Positions 7,773 to 15,827 of a stretch of DNA of 64,000 bases are shown here, one piece after another. The translations under genes were made by a program, and so were the position numbers. Source of the DNA: a virus (lineage: Duplodnaviria; Caudoviricetes); IMG/VR virus record IMGVR_UViG_3300025723_000013. One strand, given 5' to 3'. Within the stretch, counting starts at the first letter, position 1; the number at the start of each line of letters is the position of its first letter. A model generated the notes under the pieces. It did not search any database, was not told where the DNA came from, and saw nothing but the letters and a program-made list of their open reading frames with translations.

Positions 7773-8848
7773 TTTTCTATGGTTCCTGTCTTATCTTTTT
7801 TGAAATCTGATTCCCATACCACTAATACTTCATAGCCTTGATCAAAGGCGACCTTTAATTTTATACGGTCGATCTCCCATCTGTCAATGGCTTTGATTTT
7901 TGTTCTTGGATTTATATGTTCTGATGAATATTTCTTTGGGTTACTGTGCCAAAAATCGCCATTATATTCAATAATTTTTTTGCCAACATTTATGTCATAG
8001 ACATATTGCTTTTTATCTGACTTATTCAATGTGAATTGATGTTCTACTGATGGAAATATTTTCTTTACTTCAGCAAGGATTATTTTTTCAGCAGCAGAGA
8101 CAGTGATTCCTTTTGATAATTTCAATCGATTAATTCTAGCTTTCTCTTCTGGTAATTTAGCACTTAATGTTGCTTGCCACTTATCCTGTCTCGCTTGCCA
8201 AATTGATATTCCGTTTTCTTCTCCATATTTTTGTACACAGATATCTTTGGAAAAATATTTTTGATTCTCTGATACCAGCTCTTTTGCTTCATCAATGGAA
8301 TATCCTCTAGCAGTGTAGTATTCTTCACATCTTTTCGATGTTGCTCTTCGGATATGTTTATCCATCCCAATTTTAGCACCTTTTTTATTATTTTTTTGTT
8401 TGGTATCCGATGCTAACTGTGCGGCATCTATTTCAGAGTAACCCTGTTTGATCCAATACTCTGCTCTAATGGGTCTACGACTATTACGTTCAAAATCTGC
8501 TTCATCTACCGTATAGTTTGTTCCAGTGACTGGATTGATTTTTTCCAACCAAGTTTTGCGACTGTACACACTTTTACAGTTTTTTTGTTTGTTTTCTTTG
8601 GATTTGATGTGAGATTCTGCATCAGTCCATCCTCGAGACAGCCAGTATACTTTGGTATGTTTTGATAGTGTTGTGGTTAGATTCAATTTGCTTCTCAAAA
8701 ACTTTTCAATGATCTTTTTATTATTTTCAATATTAGATTCTAATAGTTCGTGTAGAAGATTCTGATACAGATCAGATTTGAGATTTTTAATAGTATTATT
8801 CAAGATATCTTTGCAGTTATTTTCTAGACTGTTGTTCCAACGCGGCAT
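7748..8848 (-). CDS. Free-standing Vsr/DUF559-like homing endonuclease nested between the split intein halves
   Basis: C-terminal YDINVGKKIIEYNGDFWH...D..K...GYEVLVVWESD, three YW/YYxxxGY/W repeats and KYGEENG. Own GGGAG SD; different frame from both intein halves. Confidence 0.8.
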   Translation of the reverse strand: MPRWNNSLENNCKDILNNTIKNLKSDLYQNLLHELLESNIENNKKIIEKFLRSKLNLTTTLSKHTKVYWLSRGWTDAESHIKSKENKQKNCKSVYSRKTWLEKINPVTGTNYTVDEADFERNSRRPIRAEYWIKQGYSEIDAAQLASDTKQKNNKKGAKIGMDKHIRRATSKRCEEYYTARGYSIDEAKELVSENQKYFSKDICVQKYGEENGISIWQARQDKWQATLSAKLPEEKARINRLKLSKGITVSAAEKIILAEVKKIFPSVEHQFTLNKSDKKQYVYDINVGKKIIEYNGDFWHSNPKKYSSEHINPRTKIKAIDRWEIDRIKLKVAFDQGYEVLVVWESDFKKDKTGTIEKCIQFLTQ

Positions 8849-9089
8849 TGTATAATTCTCCCATGGTCAGTTGGGTTATTTCACCAGTTACAGTGTTCCT
8901 AACCTTTACTAATGTATTTATACAAACACACTTGCCAGTGCCATTCCTGCTGCCGGTATCGTCGCCGCCTAGATCGAGATTGGCACCCAGCACCAAGGTC
9001 AGCATTTCTTTGCTGAAATCCACAGCCTGAGTCTGTTGACCCACGCTCATAAAATTCTTTACAGTCAAATTTTTGATTTTCAAGGTCAT
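8817..9089 (-). CDS. gp46: gp46 N-terminal gene: 53-aa N-extein plus intein N-fragment
   Basis: LKIKNLTVKNFMSVG...GSRNGTGK is the SbcC/gp46 N-terminus; follows gp47 with ATGA overlap. Confidence 0.9.
   Translation of the reverse strand: MTLKIKNLTVKNFMSVGQQTQAVDFSKEMLTLVLGANLDLGGDDTGSRNGTGKCVCINTLVKVRNTVTGEITQLTMGELYNAALEQQSRK
8820..8930 (-). mobile_element. Split intein N-fragment (IntN, 37 aa)
   Basis: CVCINTLVKVRNTVTGEITQLTMGELY... starts with Cys1 immediately after Walker A GTGK and ends at a stop codon. Confidence 0.85.
8915..8922 (-). promoter_or_regulatory. Perfect TATAAATA late promoter embedded in IntN, upstream of the nested endonuclease
   Basis: Codons TGT ATA AAT ACA spell TATAAATA, ending 67 nt before ATG 8848. 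Confidence 0.55.
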
Positions 9090-10099
9090 AGGCTGTTGTA
9101 AATTTCCAATAAAAGTTTTTGATTAAACTGTTCACTTTCAATATTGACCAATCCTTGAGATACAATTTGATCAACACTTTCAAATCCGGAACCAACGTTT
9201 TCGTTCACTATTTCGTCTAGTGATATCTTTTCCTGTATCATGCTGAATTCACGTATGTCATGCTCATTCACAAAAGTTTCCTTGATAAAAGTGGCTTCTT
9301 CGTAGCTGACATCAATATCTAAATTGACTTTGAGATACATTTTTGACTTGAGAATGGATTCCTTGTTGTCTATCAATTGACTGAGATTCAGCGTTCTATA
9401 TTTGGGAGCATCGGGCCATGCTGCAAATTGAGGTTTACCGCCCCATTCCAATGTCATCATGCCGCGTTCATCATCGCCGGCATCGGCATAATTATGCGGA
9501 AATGCGTTGCCAATGTACCAAATCTTGTTTTGATTCTGTCTTTTATGGAAATGGCCTGAAAACACATAATCTTGATGATGAAAATGCGATGCCTGCAGCT
9601 CTCCGTGATCCGGCATTTGTATCATGGCGTTCATGTAAAATGAAGGTAATTCCAAATGCCCAAAAATATACTTGCTTTTAATTTTACTGATGTTTTTCCA
9701 TTCATCACCAATCAACCAAGGGATCAATGTCACATCATCAATTGTGGTCACATGATCAATCACAGTGACACCCGGAATGTACTTTCCAAAGATTGAACTG
9801 TGTACATCACGTTTGTCTTTGTAAAACAAATCATGATTTCCAGGAAACCAGATAAATTTTTCAAACGCCGACCCTAATTTCTCCAGACACCTAATGCTGG
9901 TGTCTAGAGTGATTAGATTGATGGAATTACGATGGTGATGCCAATCGCCTAGGAAAATCCCAGTGTCACAATTTTGTTGTTTGGCCTGCTCTATAAACCA
10001 ATCAACAAAATCCTCGCAATCTTTAAGATGAGCGAGGCTGTTACTTTTGAGGCCAAAGTGTATGTCGGTCATGCACGCTACTTTCTTAAACAGTGGCAT
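9086..10099 (-). CDS. gp47: gp47/SbcD-Mre11 recombination nuclease
   Basis: Metallophosphoesterase motifs DIHFG, GDWHH, GNHD and SGHFH; adjacent to gp46. Confidence 0.92.
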   Translation of the reverse strand: MPLFKKVACMTDIHFGLKSNSLAHLKDCEDFVDWFIEQAKQQNCDTGIFLGDWHHHRNSINLITLDTSIRCLEKLGSAFEKFIWFPGNHDLFYKDKRDVHSSIFGKYIPGVTVIDHVTTIDDVTLIPWLIGDEWKNISKIKSKYIFGHLELPSFYMNAMIQMPDHGELQASHFHHQDYVFSGHFHKRQNQNKIWYIGNAFPHNYADAGDDERGMMTLEWGGKPQFAAWPDAPKYRTLNLSQLIDNKESILKSKMYLKVNLDIDVSYEEATFIKETFVNEHDIREFSMIQEKISLDEIVNENVGSGFESVDQIVSQGLVNIESEQFNQKLLLEIYNSL

Positions 10100-10144
10100 A
10101 TTGTAATTCTCCTTGCCTTATATTAGCAAAGGACTGTGGACAAG

Positions 10145-11056
10145 TCAACTTTCTTCTTCATCAACAGGAGCATAGTCGCCTTCTTGGCTTTTTGGCATCC
10201 GAGTATTTTTGTAGATTTCAGCCTGTTTGGCCACTTCTTCGGCAAACTCCTGTTGAGTTTGTCTGGTCATGCTTGGAGTCAATCCGTTGACTTCGAGCAA
10301 ATCATCTCTGATAGTTTGATTCTTCTTTTCAATATTGAGCACTCTGGTAAACGAATTGGTTACCGCGGCGGTGTAATAGGCAAATGGATTTTCTGACTTT
10401 GATTCATCAAACTGTAGTCCAATTTGGCTCAATTGAAGTATGGCCTGTCCTCGCATTTCATCAACGTAGGTATATCCTCTCCAGTTGCTGCGTTGTGCAT
10501 ATCTTTCGCTGAGTTTAATGAACATTTTGCCTAGATTTTCTGTGATCCTGCCGTGATCTTTACAAAACTTGCCTTTTAAAATATCACCCTTCCAGTGACT
10601 TAATCCCACACATTCCAATTGGTCTTTTTCGTTAAATTTGTAATGCTGAAAAGGTGGAAAATTTACCTTTTCGTGAGAGTCGGCCACTGTTTTAGTTGTC
10701 TTTTTCCTTCCAGGCGCTAACGGAATATGATCAAATGTCATCACACGTATGATGATATCTTGTTTGTTTATGGTTTTATAATCTGGCGTACATTCGGCCA
10801 ATTTAATTTTTTTATCACCAGTTGATCTTGCCTCAACAAAGGCGTTTAATCCTAGTCTTTTAGCTCTGGTTCTTTTGGCATCCGCAATTGTGCGAATATT
10901 GATCTTGTCCAAACCGGTTAATATTATGTCGTATTGTCCATATTCGGGTTTTAAAAAACTAGAATATGAACATTTGCTTTTGTGTATTTCTGCTAGTAAA
11001 TCTCTATTGTTTAAATATTTTACTTTTCTTCCTGTTGCATTTATTGTTGTTGTCAT
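10145..11056 (-). CDS. gp55: Late-transcription sigma factor, T4 gp55-like
   Basis: KYLNNRDLL N-terminus and NPFAYYTAAVTNSFTRVLNIEKKNQ; gene order 55-47-46 as in T4-like phages. Start at ATG 11056 with AGGAG SD. Confidence 0.75.
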   Translation of the reverse strand: MTTTINATGRKVKYLNNRDLLAEIHKSKCSYSSFLKPEYGQYDIILTGLDKINIRTIADAKRTRAKRLGLNAFVEARSTGDKKIKLAECTPDYKTINKQDIIIRVMTFDHIPLAPGRKKTTKTVADSHEKVNFPPFQHYKFNEKDQLECVGLSHWKGDILKGKFCKDHGRITENLGKMFIKLSERYAQRSNWRGYTYVDEMRGQAILQLSQIGLQFDESKSENPFAYYTAAVTNSFTRVLNIEKKNQTIRDDLLEVNGLTPSMTRQTQQEFAEEVAKQAEIYKNTRMPKSQEGDYAPVDEEES

Positions 11057-11080
11057 TGGCCCAGGTCTCCTATTATTTTT

Positions 11081-11109
11081 AATATAACAAAAATACAATT
11101 AAATGTCAA
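11081..11109 (-). promoter_or_regulatory. Sigma70-type promoter for the late sigma gene
   Basis: TTGACA-17 nt-TATATT. Confidence 0.65.
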
Positions 11110-11137
11110 GCATTTAAGTGCGTATATTATTTATTGG

Positions 11138-11144
11138 TTAAATA
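11138..11144 (+). promoter_or_regulatory. Late promoter variant TTAAATA for the baseplate operon
   Basis: 20 nt upstream of ATG 11165, which has an AGGAG SD. A divergent ATAAATA sits at 11128-11134. Confidence 0.45.
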
Positions 11145-11164
11145 CGTTACAGGAGCATTGATAC

Positions 11165-12085
11165 ATGGCAACTCAATCATCAATTGAGACATTTTTAAAT
11201 GGTGGAACCAAAACTACAGGAGCAGACGGGATAACCTACTCGAGTGTTTTGGCCAGTAGCACAGATAATATTGTAAATCCTAGTAATTCAGATGCCATAA
11301 CGCTTAAAAAATACGCCAAAGCTACCTTGGTAAATTCCAAAGATCCGCTTGTTAATTCTCCCACCAGCACGGTAAAGTCACCAACTTCCACTGCAGACAT
11401 CAATGACAATGGAAAACCAACTGCGGTTCCTGATAAGGTAACCCCGGCCAGAGCAAGATTCATGGATTCATCTGATCAAAGGGTTAGATTAATTGTGCCC
11501 AATTATTACATACAATCAGGCACACTGGCCGCAGGACCAGATGATATTTTAAAGAAAAATTTAGGAATATTGTTTCCTTATACTCCCAGTATCAAGATTG
11601 AATATACTGCAAATTATAAAACAACCAATGTTGTACACTCAAATTACGCACTGAATTTTTATCAACATTCTCAAATAGGCGACATTGTGATCGAAGGACC
11701 AATAACAGTTCAGAATGATCAAGATGCTCAAATTTGGCTTGCAATGCAACATCTTTTGCGAGCATTGATCAAAATGCCCTTTGGAGACGACCAGTATGCA
11801 GGAAGTCCTCCGCCAGTATGTAGATTATATGCTCGAGGTGATTACATGTTTAATCAAACCCCGGTCGCTGTAAAATCGTTTAGTTTTGACTTACCAGACT
11901 CAGTGGATTACTACACAGTTCCGTCATCCATGGACGGTTCTAACTCCAATTTTGGCATAAGTTCGGTTCCGGTATATTCTAAATTATCAATTACCTTGGT
12001 ACCAATATACAGTAGATCCGAAATGTTATCCGGAACAGTGCAGGGATGGCTTACTGGCGGTCAAAGATTTGATGGATATCTATAA
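11165..12085 (+). CDS. Baseplate/tail-tube initiator-like protein (gp48/gp54-like fold)
   Basis: LFPYTPSI...VHSNY...FTV-like ITVQN...GSPPPVCRLYARGDYMF..PVAVKSFSFDLPDSVDY; first gene of the baseplate operon. Confidence 0.5.
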   Translation: MATQSSIETFLNGGTKTTGADGITYSSVLASSTDNIVNPSNSDAITLKKYAKATLVNSKDPLVNSPTSTVKSPTSTADINDNGKPTAVPDKVTPARARFMDSSDQRVRLIVPNYYIQSGTLAAGPDDILKKNLGILFPYTPSIKIEYTANYKTTNVVHSNYALNFYQHSQIGDIVIEGPITVQNDQDAQIWLAMQHLLRALIKMPFGDDQYAGSPPPVCRLYARGDYMFNQTPVAVKSFSFDLPDSVDYYTVPSSMDGSNSNFGISSVPVYSKLSITLVPIYSRSEMLSGTVQGWLTGGQRFDGYL

Positions 12086-12414
12086 TGTCAGCAGTATATT
12101 CCAAAGACAGTCCATACTATACAACTCCGATTAAGGGATCCTATCTTGACATCATTAATTTTAGAAATATTCCCAATGTTACCAATGATGTTCAATTTCG
12201 AGTGACCACACAGTATGCAAACAGACCGGATCTATTGGCTCATGACCTATATGGAAATTCCAATCTATGGTGGGTTTTCGCTGTCAGGAATAAGGATATT
12301 ATTCAGGATCCAATCTATGATATGTATGCCGGACAAACTATATATCTTCCTCAACCGTCTACGATACAAACATTAATAGGTCAAAATTTAGGTCAAAACC
12401 TATCAGGATCCTAA
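12085..12414 (+). CDS. gp53: Baseplate wedge subunit, gp53-like
   Basis: RPDLLAHDLYGNSNLWWVFA LysM-like signature. Confidence 0.75.
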   Translation: MSAVYSKDSPYYTTPIKGSYLDIINFRNIPNVTNDVQFRVTTQYANRPDLLAHDLYGNSNLWWVFAVRNKDIIQDPIYDMYAGQTIYLPQPSTIQTLIGQNLGQNLSGS

Positions 12415-12417
12415 AAT

Positions 12418-15400
12418 ATGGCAGCACGTAAGTTTCCAACATCTGATCCGACCCGAGTATCTGGTTCAAAAGATATCCAAGATAAAACTCCTAGTCCTGA
12501 AAAAATGCAGGCAAAAAAACAAACAGTCAACCAGTTTCGTAGACAGGCCAAAACAAATGTTCTCAACAACTACAGATCCTATAATTATATTTTTACTCTG
12601 GCAGCGTTGGAAAAAAACGCATTAAATGATTCTTCACAATATAAAAATTCATCCAATTACTACGTGGTAGCCAAATCAGGAGGAAAAGGAACCAAAGGCA
12701 TAACGAATACGCAACGCCCTAGTCCTACAGAATTAACCAAAGAAGAAAAAGCATTAAATCCACTGGAAAAAAATCTCGCTAGTCTGCGTAATAGAGTAAA
12801 GGATTCCGGTGTCTACCAGTTAAACAATCAATTGGTAGCTCAGTTTAATTCACAAAGTCCTGGAGCCAAAGATTTTTTTATTAACAATGTCAAAATAGAC
12901 ACAGTTATGGGCGGAAGCAAAAATACCAGCATGTCTATTGCAACCAATTTTGATTTTGATATACTTGAGCCCTATAGCATGACCGGTTTTTTAGAGGCAT
13001 TACATGTTTCGGCTGTGGCTGCAGGATATGCCAGTTATGCAGAGGCCTGTTTTCTATTTAAAATAGAATTTGTAGGATATCCAGATGGAGATGGTTTGCC
13101 CGATCCAGTGTCAATACCCAATTCCAGCCGATATTTTGTAATAAGAATAACCGGAGTTGATATTACTGTAACAGAATCAGGAGCTTTATACAAATGCAAG
13201 GCTGTGTCAGTTGAACAAATTGCATTTGGCGAGGCCAATCAACTCAAAGATGATATTAAAATGTCGGGTACAAAGGTAGGAGACATATTATCTAATTTTA
13301 TTAACGGAATAAACAATTCAAAAATAGATGATGCACAAACCACCAATCAGGACGAAGATAAGAATTTACATGACACCTACGAGATTTATTTTCCTCTAGT
13401 GACCGATACGGGTATAGATACTGCCTATCTTCAAAATCCATCGGGGTATGAGAAAAATGAAATTGCATCAAAAGAATTAACAACACTATTAAAAAGTAAT
13501 GAAAATTACGCATTTGCCACACCTGATAATAGCACTAGCACAACTGTGGTATCATACTCTCCCACGTCCAATGCAGTAAGTTTTTCAAAAGGACAAAATA
13601 TACATGAATGTATAATTTCGGTAGTGAGAGATAGCAATTATACCAAAGATATTTTAAAAGGACTCAATGAGGGTAAGATTGCCGACTCCAAAGGCATGAT
13701 CAAATATTTTATGGTACATGTAGAATTGGAATTTACCGGAAAATATAACAAAAATACAAATAGTCCGGTTTATAAATACCGATATCTTGTAATTCCTTAT
13801 CAAATACATCTAACAAGAATAAAGCCTAAACCTGATGGTATTATTGATACCACACAGTTAAAACTAAGTGCTCATCGTATCTATAATTATATATACACGG
13901 GAAAAAACGTTGATATATTAAATTTTCAATTACGTTTTAATAATTTATACTTCCAGGCCATTGCTAAGGTATTAGGAGATCAAACAACTTCTCCGGCCGC
14001 CGACAAATCTGTTCAACCTAGTAATCCAATATCTTCAAAATTTGGCCAAGGAACCACTGCCGCCCAAGCAAATAATTATACTTTTGGAATTTCAAGAAAA
14101 ATAACACCGGTAGATATAACCAAGCCTGTAGTGGATGGAACTCCAAACGCTGGTGTTCCTCAAGTTGATCCTTATGCAAGATTGAGCAAAAACATGCATG
14201 AATCAATACTGGAAAATACAGATCAGTGCACAGCCGAAGTTGAAATCATTGGCGATCCTTACTACTTGGTCACAGGCGGGTCAGGCAATCAAAAATTAAA
14301 ATTAAATTCGGACGGAACAGCCGGGGACGGCGAGGCTCCATACACAACATCGGATGTCAGTGTTGTGATGTTTTTTAAAAACCCAGTTGATATAGATCCT
14401 GTTACTGGATTTGCCAATTTCAATAATGCCGTAGCAGAATACAGCGGAGTTTTTCAGGTAACTCAAGTTGAAAGCAAATTTAATGATGGACTTTTTACGC
14501 AAAAAATCAATTTAGTTAGAATTCCTGGGCAGGTAGAGGATGTTGATACAAGTAGCACGCCTTATGATCCAAATAACCCTGCTGTTTCGTCGCTTACTCC
14601 TGCATTTGTTCCGGTTCCGGATCCTTCAAAGGCCGCAGTTGAGCCCACAATTATTCCCGAAGCGACATCTCCTGCCGTACAAGAAAACTCGTCTAGAGCC
14701 AGTTATAATGCCTTGCTTGCATCTATCGCTAATGGTCTTCCTATAACAGGATTACCTGGCGATCTTTCAAATCTTGTTCCGGGATTTAATAATAATTTAG
14801 GATCTTTAAGCAATCTTGCGTCAATTGGTTCTTTAATAAATTCTGTAAAATCAAATATTGCAGGAGCTACCAATGCAGCAGGCGCATTAATTAATCAAGT
14901 GACCGGAAGTGCTGCACAAGGACTGAGTAATATCAGCACTGTGCTTAGATTGGCCAAATCTGGATTATCTGGCATATCAATTAATTACAATAGTGCAGGT
15001 GGAAGTGTGGCTCAATTGAGCTTGTTGGGAAAATCAATAGGATTTTCCAATTCCACGCCTGATAATTTAGCAAGATCGATATTATCATCAGGAGCCAAAT
15101 TATCAAATGAAATTGGTTACACTGCTATGTCTGCTGTTAACAGACTTGAATCAAATTCAGCAGGCTTAATAAATGGAATATCTGCCAAGATTGGCAATCT
15201 TCATGGTAACAGTGCCGCTTTGGGAATACAATTAGGAATCAATCCCAGTGTTTTAAGTGGATTGAGCATTAATTTACAATCCTCAATTTTGCATCGAATT
15301 TCGTCATTGGCCGCTACTGTTCCTAGAAATGTTGACTTAAACAACGAAATTAAAAATGGAATACTAATCGATAATCTTCCTCCTTCGGCGTTGGCAAATT

Positions 15401-15825
15401 TGCCTGCTACTCAACCTTTTGCAGTAGCTCCGCCCCCGTCTATCAATTTATCAGACGTGCAATTCAATGTTTCTCAGGGAGTTCCTTTATCAACCATGCC
15501 AGGCATTTATTCTGTATACAAACTAGATACAATTTTATCAAACAATGTTTCTTCCGACTTAAATAATCCAGCCTCGCTGTTGACCAATGGCGGATTAGAT
15601 TATAGATCAGTGGCCAATAAATTTTCCACCTTACAAGCAGGAATCGTGAATATTACAGGCAACGGTTTAAGTATTGAGGCAAGTTTAAATAATGTAAACA
15701 ATGTGGTCCCATCCGGTCTTCCTTATACCGCAAACATTTCGGCCTCGGTAATAGCAAAATTTGGAAGCAAGAGTGGATCAGCATCTAGTCCGTTGACAGT
15801 TTTAATACAAGGTAATACAGGTTAA
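12418..15825 (+). CDS. Baseplate hub protein (gp27-like) with long Ser/Asn/Gly-rich C-terminal extension
   Basis: Sits between gp53 and gp5-like genes. EVEIIGDPYYL...YSGVFQVTQVESKFNDGLFTQKINLVR is typical of hub C-termini. Confidence 0.6.
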   Translation: MAARKFPTSDPTRVSGSKDIQDKTPSPEKMQAKKQTVNQFRRQAKTNVLNNYRSYNYIFTLAALEKNALNDSSQYKNSSNYYVVAKSGGKGTKGITNTQRPSPTELTKEEKALNPLEKNLASLRNRVKDSGVYQLNNQLVAQFNSQSPGAKDFFINNVKIDTVMGGSKNTSMSIATNFDFDILEPYSMTGFLEALHVSAVAAGYASYAEACFLFKIEFVGYPDGDGLPDPVSIPNSSRYFVIRITGVDITVTESGALYKCKAVSVEQIAFGEANQLKDDIKMSGTKVGDILSNFINGINNSKIDDAQTTNQDEDKNLHDTYEIYFPLVTDTGIDTAYLQNPSGYEKNEIASKELTTLLKSNENYAFATPDNSTSTTVVSYSPTSNAVSFSKGQNIHECIISVVRDSNYTKDILKGLNEGKIADSKGMIKYFMVHVELEFTGKYNKNTNSPVYKYRYLVIPYQIHLTRIKPKPDGIIDTTQLKLSAHRIYNYIYTGKNVDILNFQLRFNNLYFQAIAKVLGDQTTSPAADKSVQPSNPISSKFGQGTTAAQANNYTFGISRKITPVDITKPVVDGTPNAGVPQVDPYARLSKNMHESILENTDQCTAEVEIIGDPYYLVTGGSGNQKLKLNSDGTAGDGEAPYTTSDVSVVMFFKNPVDIDPVTGFANFNNAVAEYSGVFQVTQVESKFNDGLFTQKINLVRIPGQVEDVDTSSTPYDPNNPAVSSLTPAFVPVPDPSKAAVEPTIIPEATSPAVQENSSRASYNALLASIANGLPITGLPGDLSNLVPGFNNNLGSLSNLASIGSLINSVKSNIAGATNAAGALINQVTGSAAQGLSNISTVLRLAKSGLSGISINYNSAGGSVAQLSLLGKSIGFSNSTPDNLARSILSSGAKLSNEIGYTAMSAVNRLESNSAGLINGISAKIGNLHGNSAALGIQLGINPSVLSGLSINLQSSILHRISSLAATVPRNVDLNNEIKNGILIDNLPPSALANLPATQPFAVAPPPSINLSDVQFNVSQGVPLSTMPGIYSVYKLDTILSNNVSSDLNNPASLLTNGGLDYRSVANKFSTLQAGIVNITGNGLSIEASLNNVNNVVPSGLPYTANISASVIAKFGSKSGSASSPLTVLIQGNTG

Positions 15826-15827
15826 TC

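Noticed and set aside
5781-9089. gp46 as a frameshifted pseudogene
   Set aside because: The break sits exactly at intein boundaries (Cys1; His-Asn/Thr), all ATPase motifs are intact, and a complete endonuclease ORF with its own SD fills the gap.
12378-12402. 12-nt tandem duplication TAGGTCAAAA(TT/CC) at the gp53 3' end
   Set aside because: It is a single in-frame duplication (GQNL GQNL) with no evidence of function.
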